From: Antedon mediterranea | Taxonomy: Eukaryota; Animalia; Echinodermata | Direction of reading: 5' to 3' | NCBI RefSeq assembly: GCF_964355755.1 | Contig: NC_092673.1 | Location: forward strand, 17,605,648-17,669,647 | DNA length: 64,000 bases | In this document: one piece after another, positions 27,901-39,600 of the stretch | Position numbering within the stretch: position 1 is the stretch's first letter | Layout of the letters: the number at the start of each line of letters is the position of its first letter | Position numbers and translations under genes: made by a program | Notes under the pieces: generated by a model | Told to the model about the DNA's origin: nothing | Database searches by the model: none | The model's input: the letters and a program-made list of their open reading frames with translations, nothing else

Positions 27901-30872
27901 ATTTTTACAAAAAAAAAATTAATTATAAAATATATATAGTGATTATTTACAGTAATGATAATAATAAGAATGAATTTAATTATATTGACTATTATTTTTT
28001 TCGGTATTTATTTATAATGGTAACCATAATAACGTGTATTTACAGTGATTTTTACTTTTAATAGAAATAGTAAATACTATTCTCGTCTAAATTTAATATT
28101 TTGTCCAACGCAGCCAATGATGCTCTATCAACCAATCACTAGACAGTAAATGTTTGAGCCATGATATGATACTGTATCAATTAAAAAATATTCTGATACT
28201 CATTTTTATAGGAAGGAAATACACCCATCTCTGTTTTGAAAAATAACAAGCAGATACAGGACCCAGAAAAAAATGAAATTTTAAATTTTTTTGAAAGTAA
28301 GTGAAGTTTTAATTATCAAGATTTTGGGGTAAACCAATTTTCATTGCAAAGGACAGATGTTCAATTTCTTTTTCCAATGCTTTGATAAACTGATTTTGAA
28401 AATGTTCTCATACTGATCATATGATGAGCTCTGTAAAGGTTGTGCATGTGTAAGGTATCCATGCATTGTGCTATTGAAAAACTCTTTAAACTTATAGAGA
28501 ATCATTGTGAGGATGTATGTAATTTAATTATAATTTCTGAACCATGCCTTATGTAGATGTGAATGAATTATGCACATTTACAGGTTTGATAGTTTTCTTC
28601 TTTCATTAGCATTGACTATAATCACAAATGATACAGTCATTAAAAATACAATTCACGGGGTAGGGGTACAAAAACGGTTTTTAGAGTCAAAGTAATATTG
28701 ATGGATAATATGGTGCATAATTAGCAAGCAAGGTGATTGTTTACAACTGGAAATGTTTTGTGATCGATTAGGAGCTACCTGTTTCAGAGCATAGATTTCA
28801 TTTTTATGAGTTATTATAGGGGTCAAAAGGCTAATGATGACCTCTCAATAATTTATTTTGGGATCAATTGCTTACCCTGACCAACCTGTTTCTGTGTATA
28901 ATCATCAATGCACTATGACGAAGAAGAATGTCCAGAATCCAACTACAAAACCAACATAAGGTATATTAGGGACTTTTAGATTTGAGTGAACGTGAACTAA
29001 ATCCACGTGCGTCCACATGGGTCGTAGTCGACTGTTACTCGTCGACAGATATATGAACGCAACCTTTTTTGACTCCGACCCCATGATCCTATTTTGGTAA
29101 TTCTCGCGACCCAACATTGCGTATTTGAGCCACAGACCCCCCCCCCCCCCATGTTAAGTGACACCTACTGTATAGATGGCCGCAAATGGTACTCTTGCAC
29201 GTAAAAATCCATATAAATGGCACCTCTAGTCCACTATAATAATAGTTGCTCGCAATTGGAAAAAGGATCGTATCCTACTTTTTCCGCCGGTAAAGACATT
29301 TGTGTTCAATGCTAACATCCCGAACCATAAAAAGTCCCCCTCCCCTGGCTAGGAACAACATCGCTATGAGTGTAATTTGAGAGGGACCTGTTTCTATTGA
29401 ATGTTAATTGTAAATGTTCCCACCGCCGGTACATCAAAGGATGCACTTCAGTCAAGTTACACACTCATTGCAAACTACAGAACATAGTGTCATAGAACCA
29501 GTTGGTAGATTATTAAATCCACATCCTAATGGGGATTCCCCACTTGTATATTAGCAACAAACTATGCGTCAAAAGCGTCCATTGGCCCGTTGTCGATTCC
29601 CAATTGTGTGTACGCTACTCGCCTCAACATAGGGAAAAACTGTAGATATGTAAAATATAATTAGCCTTTGTAGATTCTACAAAACTGAGAACATTTCACA
29701 TCTAGATCAGTTTATACTTGCTAAAAAGTTTCAGTATCTGAAACATTCACGATCCATCAATTTGTTTTCGCGACTGAAACATTGGGTCTTGACCCATACT
29801 GTAGGTTGCGGAACGGCGGTTTAGATTAAGTGGACATTTATGTTGATTACATTAGCTGGCGATAATAACTACATAAGCTGAAAGGCAATTTTTGTTAATA
29901 CATTAGCTGTTAACCATTTGCTGGTAGCTGGTGTTGATTTTGTATTCAAATAATTATTATGATTATTGAGCTGTCGAAAAAAAATTAATAAATCCAATGT
30001 GCTTTATAAAAAATAATACTATAGAGTTCTTGCACTCGGGTATTAATAGAATATTTCAAAAGTTGTAACTTGAAAGTTTTATACATTACTGTATGTGAAT
30101 TGAATTGATATTCTACAGTGAGTGTACTGTATGTAAATGAGATTTCTAGCATACTGTAAAACATGGAAAAGAAGCCCATAGGCTTTTTTAGGACTCCTGG
30201 ATGGGCGTCTTTTTAAGATATATGATAATATGATCAGGATGATAATGACATAGAAGTTGGTGATATTGAGGATATTACTCAAAAATTTAGGATTTATAAA
30301 ACAAAGAATATAATAACGTACCTTATTATTATAGGAATAAAATAATTAGAGTGAGTAGGTTTTTGTTGTTGTTGTTTCTAAAAGCTGATAATAGATATAG
30401 AAAATATTATTATATTATAATCATATTCAAATAATGATGATTATTAAACAATACTTATAACAATGCTGAATTTATTACTTGAAATTTGAAAATGATTTTG
30501 TGGTTTTTCATGAATTTTTATTCATAAATCTTAAAACAGTAATTATGATAAGAATGCTATCTACTGAATTTATTACAAGAAATTGGAAATGATTTTGTGG
30601 CGTTCCAGGAATTATACTGCAAACTTATTCAAATAATGATTATGATTTCAACAATATTTATGATGCTATCTACTGAATTTATTACATTGGAAAATATTGT
30701 GGTGTTTTATGAATTTATATTCATTATTCATAATCTTAAAAAAACAATTACAATTTCCACAATAATCATGATAACTGTTATACTAAATTGATTGATACTG
30801 TTTTTCATTCGTATAGATCTCTCAGAGGATGTTGAAGACTTAAGTCACAGACTTAGCCCAATGATGCAATAA
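21926..30872 (+). CDS. Ankyrin-repeat gene 1 (10 coding exons, ~296 aa): N-cap, 6 single-repeat exons, C-cap, acidic tail
   Basis: join(21926-21933, 22650-22743, 23508-23618, 23796-23900, 25622-25729, 25934-26041, 26847-26954, 27502-27609, 28212-28296, 30817-30872). All acceptors are AG and all donors GT except one GC. The frame is continuous from MERNNLEQALV to LSHRLSPMMQ*. Confidence 0.8.
22076..22410. mobile_element. Kolobok-like MITE, copy A
   Basis: AGATGTATTGTCC...GGACAATACATCT followed by TTAA. Confidence 0.65.
22650..22743 (+). CDS. Gene 1 N-cap exon
   Basis: ttttgacag|G..GAG|gtataa. (R)NNLEQALVRNDLETVERLCRTQPDLVKTIDE. Paralog at 52551-52647. Confidence 0.85.
23027..23340. mobile_element. 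Kolobok-like MITE, copy B (inverted relative to A)
   Basis: TTAA-AGATGTATTGTCCCCCTG.. Reverse complement of ~22095-22410. Confidence 0.65.
23508..23618 (+). CDS. Gene 1 ankyrin exon R1
   Basis: DGNTPLYVYLCDDLINPTLAIVNCLLNHGASTTLQNK, 111 bp, phase 0/0. Confidence 0.9.
23796..23900 (+). CDS. Gene 1 ankyrin exon R2 (GC donor, possibly degenerate)
   Basis: DGNTPLHVYLSGDRQIQPTLEIVASLVASATLQNK, 105 bp. Donor AAG|gcaatt. Lacks the xHG turn. Confidence 0.65.
24267..25545 (-). mobile_element. 5'-truncated LINE RT fragment (RTEX-like) in a gene 1 intron
   Basis: Open RT frame: QFAFKSGHST, FLDASKAFDKVNH, GVRQGGVMSP, FADD, stop at 24405. A-rich tail on the minus strand. Flanked on both sides by (ATT)n. 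Confidence 0.88.
25622..25729 (+). CDS. Gene 1 ankyrin exon R3
   Basis: DGNTPLHVYLSDGFNHTLEIVTCLVQHSTSTTLQNK, 108 bp, phase 0/0. Confidence 0.9.
25934..26041 (+). CDS. Gene 1 ankyrin exon R4
   Basis: DGDTPLHVYLSDGFNHTLGIVTCLVQQCTSATMQNK, 108 bp. Close duplicate of R3. Confidence 0.9.
26847..26954 (+). CDS. Gene 1 ankyrin exon R5
   Basis: DGNTPLHVYLSGNYDPTLEMVTCLLNQDASTTLQNK, 108 bp. Confidence 0.9.
27502..27609 (+). CDS. Gene 1 ankyrin exon R6
   Basis: DGNTPLHVYLGDRYHPTLEMVAYLKQHGAPVTLQNK, 108 bp. Confidence 0.9.
27748..27851. mobile_element. 104-bp Mutator-like MITE
   Basis: GGTGTCTAGAAAACTC..GAGTTTTCTAGACACC. 9-bp TSD CATTTGTTT/CATTTTTTT (1 mismatch). Termini resemble 8545-12831. Confidence 0.65.
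28212..28296 (+). CDS. Gene 1 C-cap exon
   Basis: tttttatag|GAA..GAAA|gtaagt. EGNTPISVLKNNKQIQDPEKNEILNFFE, phase 0/1. Confidence 0.8.
30817..30872 (+). CDS. Gene 1 probable terminal coding exon
   Basis: tttttcattcgtatag|AT.. continues phase 1 as (N)LSEDVEDLSHRLSPMMQ*. No paralog in the window to confirm it. Confidence 0.55.
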
Positions 30873-31039
30873 ACATGGACGTTCTATTCATACAAGAATT
30901 AGACAAAGTGTTAAAGTGTTGAAAACTGGTACCAGTACAATCTACCTGTTAACTCTTTTATCTGTGAATTGAGTAGCGATTTGGTTGCGATGTAATGTTA
31001 GCGTGTCATACTAAATTTCCCCTTGTTTTATGAGAAAGT

Positions 31040-31420
31040 ATCCCCTGAATAGGGGTGTCCTAAAGAAGGGATTTACTCCAGTAGTAAAGAGGAGGGATGT
31101 GTCCCCTGAATAGGGTTGTCCTAAAGAAGGGGTTTGCTCCAGTAGTAAAGAGGAGGGGTGTGTCCCCTGAATAAGGGTGTCTTAAAAAAAGTGATTTACT
31201 CCAGTAGTAAAGAGGAGGGGTGTGTCCCCTGAATCTGGATGTGTCCCCTGAATAGGGGTGTCCTAAAGAAGGGGTTTACTCCAGTAGTAAAGAGGAGGGG
31301 TGTGTCTCTTGAATAGGGATGTGTCCCCTGAATAGGGGTGTCCTAAAGAAGGGGTTTACTACAGTAGTAAAGAGGAGGGGTGTGTTCCCTGAATAGGGGT
31401 GTGTCCCCTGAATAGGATTT
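31040..31420. repeat. Tandem array of ~60-78-bp units downstream of the gene 1 stop
   Basis: GTGTCCCCTGAATAGGGGTGTCCTAAAGAAGGGGTTTACTCCAGTAGTAAAGAGGAGGGG x ~5. Confidence 0.85.
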
Positions 31421-32227
31421 CAGTGTACTAAACAGTACATGAATGTTGGTAACAAAGAAAAGACGACAAAACAAATACTGGAACATTTACAAAAAATAAC
31501 AGTAGGTCTACAAGCATGTGGGTATAAAACATTGCTACTGTTCCTGTTGCAGACATTACATATTGCTATATTTAGAGATAAGACCATTTTAACTGTTTTT
31601 ATATTTTGTTGTGCATTTATATTAGAGTCTCTATGTTGAGATTACAGGCAAAAATCAAATGACAAACATACATTTTTTGAATAAGAATTGATTTAAGTAA
31701 GAAGAATATGTGCTACCCCAGCCCTCATGCCATAAACGAATAATATATTAATAAATTAATTTTAGATTATAATTAGAATGTCTTGAGGAACAAAATATCT
31801 CAACTTAAATAATATGCCTATTTTCTTACATTTTGAAATAAACTATGAATATTATTTTCCCATGAAAGAAATTTATCAAACAAGACTAAGTTTCTCTACT
31901 TCATTTATTACATTCTATCCAATTAAGAGATCCAATTTTGTTTAAAATGTTCCTTCTGTTTTGAAAAATAATTTAAAAAAAATAAAAATAATCCACTCTT
32001 GATTCCCCTTTTTATAAAAAAAATATTTTCCCCTGAAGGAATTCAACCTTGCTTGTCAAATGAAACGACAACATTATAGTACAGTACAGTAAATGAACTG
32101 AGATTAGATATTAATTCAATTTTTTTTTTAACTTCAGAGAATATCCAGTTAATTATATAGTTTTATATGCAGAATTACAAAACCAAAAATATATGCAAAT
32201 GAGACCAGGTAAACGGAAGAACAGAAT

Positions 32228-32271
32228 CAGAGCCATATATATAAAGTCGTAACTATATATATATGGCTCTG
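32228..32271. mobile_element. 44-bp palindromic CA..TG mini-element
   Basis: CAGAGCCATATATATA..TATATATATGGCTCTG with perfect 8-bp TSD AACAGAAT (32220-32227, 32272-32279). Confidence 0.7.
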
Positions 32272-33189
32272 AACAGAATTAAATCCTTGCACCCTCTAAT
32301 CCTTCCCCTTACCACACTAGACATAGACACAACTGTTAAATCTCACTGTGTTACTAAACGCCACTTCTCTAGCCCAGTTCCATATTTGATCCGATTATTA
32401 AACAAACAATGCTTAAATCTAAATTAATGTTTGATTAATTGTTTATACAGTAGTGTTCAATTTTTTTGTACAGTACTAAATTATTATATTTGTTATGAAT
32501 GAATTTTATAATGTCTATTTGTTGAATGAATATATTTTGATGTTTTTTCACTTTTAATTCAATTTGAATTAAACTCAATTCAGTATGCTGCTATGTTTTA
32601 ATGTTATTCATATTTTTTAATAAATACTAAATTATGAATGAAAAACTTATTTGTTTATTTGTAAGGATAGTGTTTTTTGAAGGGGGAGATTTTAACATCG
32701 AGGATATAAAATTATACGTTCTAGCTATTGTTAAAAATGTATTGTATATTATAGGAATAATAATATCCATTTCAACAACCCGCTGGAGGTCGAGTAATAA
32801 AGTTCTTCGATAATATTGCAGCGATAAAAATATGTAGACAAATTGTGATTGCGCCCTCTATAAAAAATAAAGTTTTATAAACATCACACGCATTTTATAC
32901 AGAAAGAATGTCCGAAACAAGAAGTAAGTTTTGTTTCATTATTATCATACCATATCATATACGGAATTCTTTATAATGTGTTGTTTTAATAGCAGGTCTT
33001 TTTTTGGATCTTATATTCGTATCCTAGGGCTAGGCTATAGGCCCTACCTAGCTAGCTAACAAACTAGGCCAGGTCAGGTCTAGGCTAGGCCCTAGAATAG
33101 TAGGGCCTAGCTAGGCCTCTACTACTACTACTAGCTCTAGGCCGAACCATCTACGTACTACACTACTAGGCCTAGGGGCGCTAGTTCCG

Positions 33190-34030
33190 TTTCGCACCTG
33201 TCTTTTATTTCGACTCCAAATGTGTTAAAGAACTTTATCCTGAATACCACACTTTAGAATTAGGCCTAGACCTCATCCATAAGTACTTTTACAATGGAGA
33301 ATCACAGAAAAAGTAACAAATATATCCTTTAAATCGATGAAATATACAGACATGTTTCTTGCATGTGGTTTGTGAATTTCGCACACTCCATGTTCAATAT
33401 TGACATTTCTATGGAGCGCCAAAAGAGCAACTATAATAGAGGGCTAAAAAGGCAGTGGAATGCGCATATTTAATGCATCTATTGGTGAAAATTACGTTCA
33501 ATTTAAATATATTTTATCAATGTTAATACAACTAAACTGTTGATACTGTACATGGTTTTCGACAAATCGACAAATTCATCATCATAAGATGTACTGTAGG
33601 TTATATACCTCAATGATCTAAATAATATCCGTTGTAGTCCTGGACATAGACCAATTAGATGCTGATTTAGAGTCGTTTAATAATGTTCTTTGAAAACAGC
33701 ACATTATCGCCAGTAACATGTAACAATTGACAAAAAATTGTGAATTAAAACGTGTATTTCGTAAATAGATGCATTAAAAGTAGACGCATTCCACTGAATT
33801 TTTAACCCTCTATTATAGTTGCTCTTTTGGCGCTCCATAGAGACGAAAAAAATGAACTTCGTGTATGCGAAATTTGCGAACGGTGTGCAAGAAACACGTC
33901 TGTAAAATCATCAATTTAAAGGATTTACTTGTTACTTTTTATGTGATTCTTCTTCATACAAGTACTTATGAGGCTCCAATACTAAGGTGTGGTATTCAAA
34001 ATAAGTTTGGAGTCGAAATAAAACAGCTAG
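33190..34030. mobile_element. Fold-back MITE (same family as 8642-9280)
   Basis: Long inverted arms, e.g. CTATGGAGCGCCAAAAGAGCAACTATAATAGAGGG at ~33408 and its reverse complement at ~33806. Confidence 0.75.
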
Positions 34031-34365
34031 GGCCAGGCATGGCCCAGGCGATCGGGGAGCCCAATAATGTTGTAAGACGATTGGGACAAGAGACGATCGG
34101 GCACAAAATAAAAATGTAGGGTCTCACAACTAAATGACAACTCAAGTCAAACAAATGTTTGTGCTCCCGAAGCCATCTTGCAGAGATGACCAGCTGAGAG
34201 TAAAAACGGAGAATATATAACAAGAATGAGTAATCTGCGACTTTTGCATTAGAAATTTGTAACAGAGCGTGGATGCCCGCCCTCATGAGAGCGGATGTAT
34301 ACAGACTAAAGAAGACTTCATTTGACAGTATATTATGTCATATTATTAATAGAATTATGATAATA

Positions 34366-34856
34366 CAGTAGTAGAACCTTCATTTTACGTACGGTACGCG
34401 TGAGACCAAAAGACATACGTAAAACATGGGATTCGTAAAATCCAGGTTGACCTTAAATTGACCCCAAATACGTAGATTATAGCTAAAAAGGCTGCCATGT
34501 TTGCCTACAGTACTTGCACAGCATGCATGTGGTCACTAGCTAGGCCTTGCCTAGACTAATCTAGGCCAGGCTAGCAGGCCTAGCAAGATGTGAGGCCTAA
34601 CTAGAAAAGTGCAGTATATACAGGCTGTGCGATGTTTAAATAAAAGTTTTAAAAATAAAATATCAATGTTCTTGTATTTTCCATAATAAAAACAGTCAGT
34701 GCTGTAGGTGGAATGCACATGTGTAGCTGAGTTCCTCACACATCCATGGCTTTGTGCTTGTTGTTAAATTGCGCCCTCAATGTAAGAAAATGATGATGTC
34801 ATCAGTCATTTTAAGCGTACATAAAATCCAGGGAACATAAAACAGAGGTTCTACTG
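34366..34856. mobile_element. Tc1/pogo-type MITE
   Basis: TA-CAGTAG(TAG)AACCT..AGGTTCTACTG-TA. Confidence 0.6.
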
Positions 34857-35066
34857 TATATTTAAATTTGATTTCTTTTAATTTAATTTATATTGTTACA
34901 TGTTTATGTCTCGTCATATTTTTGTGAGGGTCCCTAATGGTCAGCTTCGGCTGGATGGACCACCCTCATAAAATATTGTTGAAATAAAAATAAATAAATA
35001 ATGCATTTTATAAAACATATTTAATAGCAAACTATGGGTACATTCACTTCTACAAAAAATTATTAA

Positions 35067-35606
35067 AGATGTATTGTCGCTTGAACACAAAAAAATGAAG
35101 GTCAAAATATTCTAAATTTAAATTGGCCATACCAAAGTAATATTAAAGTTATTCACTTTAAGTTGAAAATTTGAGCCAGAAACAAAAATTTTACGTAATT
35201 AACAGCTAAATTAATTTGATTACATTTCGTCTGGAAAATCGTCGCGAGCGAAAGTAAACAAAGATTTCAAACCTTGAGTATACATTTGCATGATGCTAAT
35301 TAGGATTGTTTACAACTTTTCACGGTTGAGAAGATGGTGTTTTCACACAGATCGCGATGAAGTTTTATGATTATGCATACAGAGGAGCCAAATAAGCGCG
35401 TTGCATGAGATATGTTTTGATCGAAAACTTTGACTTCCAGTCAAAGTTATTTTTTGAACCAAAAAACATCTGTATTTCAGTTAAATGATTTTTTTTTCTA
35501 CTAATTTTTGGTGAAAGTTAATAACTATTATGATACTTCAAAATGACCCACTTTTTTCGAAATCTTTTTTTTTTTTTTTGGAATTTGACAAAGGGACAAT
35601 ACAACT
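35067..35606. mobile_element. Kolobok-like MITE with TTAA TSD
   Basis: TTAA|AGATGTATTGTC...GACAATACAACT|TTAA. Confidence 0.75.
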
Positions 35607-36457
35607 TTAAATTAGTTCACAAAGAAAGACCGAACCACAACAACAAACATCTACCAAGCGTTACTCAGCATGGTCTATTCTTTGCTGCGTAATAATCTAT
35701 GCCTGGTAAATTAAGTAATTTATTTATGATATATATATGTTACATTTAATTAATATTTATTTTTTCTACTAGAAACAAGTTAAATAGATATATTATTAAA
35801 CTATCCTTCGTGAAAACAAGTCAACAACAATCTATCTGCTATGCCAGGGCTAGGTAGTGCCATTGTTAACCCACTCACTATAGTTCATCCTCATTATCAC
35901 TTTGGTAATAGTAGTGTACAATGATTGACAGAGTATTGACATATTTCATTTTATTATCACTCTGTGTAAATATAACCTAAATGGTAATATTACAGAGAGT
36001 TATAAACTGCTGTGTTCTATTTATTATCTTTGTTTAACATTAGAATACAATGTTAATATTAAATCTATGGTAAAGATTATCTGATAACAAATTGTATAAC
36101 AGGAACTCAATAAAACAAAACAAACTAATCATTAATAACAATTTCTACCCTGGTTTTCTGTATAAGTGTTATAATGAACTTGTTATCATATAAACTGTCT
36201 GACCAGAGCAATATGTAAAAAAATATATTTAGATTATAAAGATAATAAATGTTTGCTAAAGTCTTATGACTGAACCAGACCAGATCAAATGTGAGATAAC
36301 AAATTACCTACAGTCTTTAATATGACTATGTATAGTCCCCTGAACCAGACCAGATCAAATGTGAGATAAACAAATTACCTATCAGAGGTCCCTGTAGCCC
36401 AACAGAAGATTAACCAAAAATGAAATTTCAAATAAAACCAATTTTGACAAATATAGT

Positions 36458-36616
36458 CAGGGCCGTACACAGGATTTTATTTGGGTGGATGCTGATTAAT
36501 ATATTTTGGACCATTTTCATAATATTGATTGAAGACGATAAGACCCTATAAAATGTGGACCTTTTGCAATTGGGGGGGGGGATGTCATCCCCCCCCCCCC
36601 CCTGCGTACGACCCTG
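36458..36616. mobile_element. Small MITE with CAGGG..CCCTG ends
   Basis: CAGGGCCGTAC..GTACGACCCTG with internal G/C runs. ATAGT is duplicated on both flanks. Confidence 0.6.
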
Positions 36617-36685
36617 ATAGTGACCCATGAAACCCAAAAAAGAGAGCACATCAACCAGATCTAACATGGGATACCACATAAGACT

Positions 36686-39600
36686 AATTCAATTCAATTC
36701 AATTCAATTCAATTCAAAATTCTTTAATCATCCCACACGGGGCAATTCAAATAAAAAGGTCTGGATTAAAATGATCTTACAAAATATACAAAATATCACA
36801 ATACACAGAACAAAAAAAAAAAAAAAAAAGTCAAGTCAAGGTTCAAGAATTTAAGAGTCGAATAGCCACTGGCAAAAAAGAATTCCTTTTCCGGTTTGTT
36901 CTACATGCCGGGCATCGAAAGCGACGCCCATGATTCATGAGCTCGAAATCACTGAACAAGGCATGGTTAATATTTTTTAGAATAGCTCTACTTTTTTCTA
37001 GAGTTTGCATGTCACAGAAAGAAGATAAGCTACGAAGTTGACAACCTATTAATTTAGAACTTAAGTTAACAATTCTTTGTAGTGAGTTTTTCTCTTTGAC
37101 CCTAAGACTAAAAAACCAGCATATAAAGGAAAAAGTTAAAACGTTCTCAATAAAGGAATTATAAAAAACCCTAAGAATTACTTTATCGACATTAAAATGG
37201 TTCAGCTTCCTTAACAGATAAAGTCTCTGGTGTCCTTTCTTTACTATTGCCTCTGTGTTTAATTCCCAGCCGAGATTGTCCTCAAATATAGTACCTAGGT
37301 ATTTAAAGGAATGGACAATATCGACTGGTTCGTCATTTATAATGGATACCCGGGGGTTGCGTCCTTTCTCCTTCCTAAAATCTACAATCATCTCCTTGGT
37401 TTTGGTCACATTGAGTTCCAAGTAGGAGTTTCCACAAAATTGGATAAAATCATCTAAAGCGGAACCATGGCCGTCCTGTGAATTTTGAAGGAGAGACAGC
37501 AAGACAGTGTCGTCAGCAAATTTAACAAGATGACTATTGTCCTGTTTGCTGCGACAGTCATCCGTGTATATAATATACAGGAGAGGAGAGAGGACGCAAC
37601 CCTGGGGGGATCCAATACTTGTCATACGTACATTCGATTGTCTTTGGTTAACTAAGACCCTCTGACATCTGTTCGTAAGAAAACTTATAATCCATAATAC
37701 AAAATCACGTTGAAAACCAAAATTCGAAATTAATTTGTTTGCTAAAATATAAGGGTGCATGGTATTGAAGGCAGAAGAGAAGTTGGCGAATAACATTCTG
37801 GCGTGAGATCGAGGCAGTTCAAGGTGCTTGTACAATGTGTTTAATAAAAAAAGCTTGGCATCCTCAACACCTCTTCCAGACCTGTATGCAAACTGCAGTG
37901 GATCGAGTTTAGACTCTACAACAGACGTGATGTAGGTTTTAACTATCTTTTTAAAGATTTTCATAACAAGAGATGTCAGCGCAATAGGGCGCAGATCATT
38001 CAGTTGTTTTATGACAGTCTGTTTAGGAATAGGTTTTATAATCGATTCTTTCCAAAGATTAGGAACTACACACTGGTTTATAGAGGTCTGGAAGAGGTAC
38101 CGAAGGACACCACTGAGCTGATCCGCACACGACTTTAATGTTCTGCCCTCAATACCATCGGGACCAGAACTCTTATTTACATTTATATTCCTGAGTAATG
38201 TTCTAACATGATCCTCAGAAATAATAATTTCATCTACATGCGGATCATTATTGCCAACAGTGTCGTCTTTTAAATTGTGTTTTTCAAACCTAGCAAAGAA
38301 GTCGTTTAATCTATCTGGCAATGCCTGGTCATCAATACCCTCTACATTTATTTTATTTCTTTGTGTTTTATCAGCTGTGTTTATAGACGCCATATGTTTA
38401 ATTCCTTGCCAAGCACTACGAATACATCCACTACTAAACTTATTTTCAATTTTTCTCTTATACATGTCTTTAGCCTTACGGACAGCTACTTTAACTTCTT
38501 TATTTATTTGCTTATTATCATGAGTGGTGCCTTGGTAAAAAATCCGTTTTTTCTTATTTAATATGTCTTTCAACTCTTTCGTAACCCACGGCTTATTATT
38601 TGCAAAAACGACAACCTCTTTTTTCGGTATTACTGAATCAACACAATAATTTACATATGATGTTATAACATCCGCCATTTCGTTTAGATTTGGTGACGAC
38701 TCATAAAATACTTGCCAATCAGTGCATTCAAAACACCCTCTTAAACGTTCGATACTGTCCAAAGTCCACAATTTAACAGTCTTGACTATTTTGTCCTTCC
38801 TCTGGATAACTGGGACATATTTTGGAATCAGATTCACACAATTGTGGTCCGACGCACCAAGCGGTGGTAATGCCACGGACCTATATGCGCTTGGAACTGT
38901 ACCGTAGCATAAATCTATTGTTTTATCTTTACGAGTAGGGCAGGTTACATATTGGTGGTATATTCTGAGCACTTTACCAAGCTTGTGTTGGTTGAAATCG
39001 CCCAATATGAGCCTGGGTGCATCAGGTGACAATGTCTCCAACTTGTGCGTATTTTCAGACAAGATTTCAGCTGCTCGTGTAGAATTAGCCTTTGGGTGTA
39101 TATACACAACTGTAACAAATAACTGTGGAAATTCCCGCGGACAATAGAATGGTCTCAGTGAAATTGTCAACAATTCAATATCAGGTGTACATTGCTTATC
39201 GCGAACAATAGTTATGTTGCACCATCGTTTGTTTACAAATAAGCATACACCACCGCCAATGTCTTTTCCGGATTGTTTTGTCCTATCTCCTCGAATTAGG
39301 GTGAATCCATCAATTTTGACACTTTCATTAAGGACATTTTCGCTCAACCACGTTTCTGTAAAACATAATAGATTGGCTTCTCTAAAAACCCTATCATATC
39401 GAATATTTGTCCAAACCTCATCCATTTTATTTTTTAATGACCGAACGTTTGCCAAAACAATTGTTGGCAAGGGTAAGCGATATTTATTTTTCCTTATCCT
39501 CTGTCTTTCTCCTCCTTTCTTACCCCTCTTTCTTCTTTTATGTCTGCTATTATTGTCGTAGTTGTTTCCTTTGCTAATTATATCTAGGCTTAGGCGTGTT

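Noticed and set aside
21926-30872. Calling gene 1 an IkB/cactus ortholog
   Set aside because: No N-terminal degron, atypical repeats and recent internal exon duplications. No gene symbol is justified.
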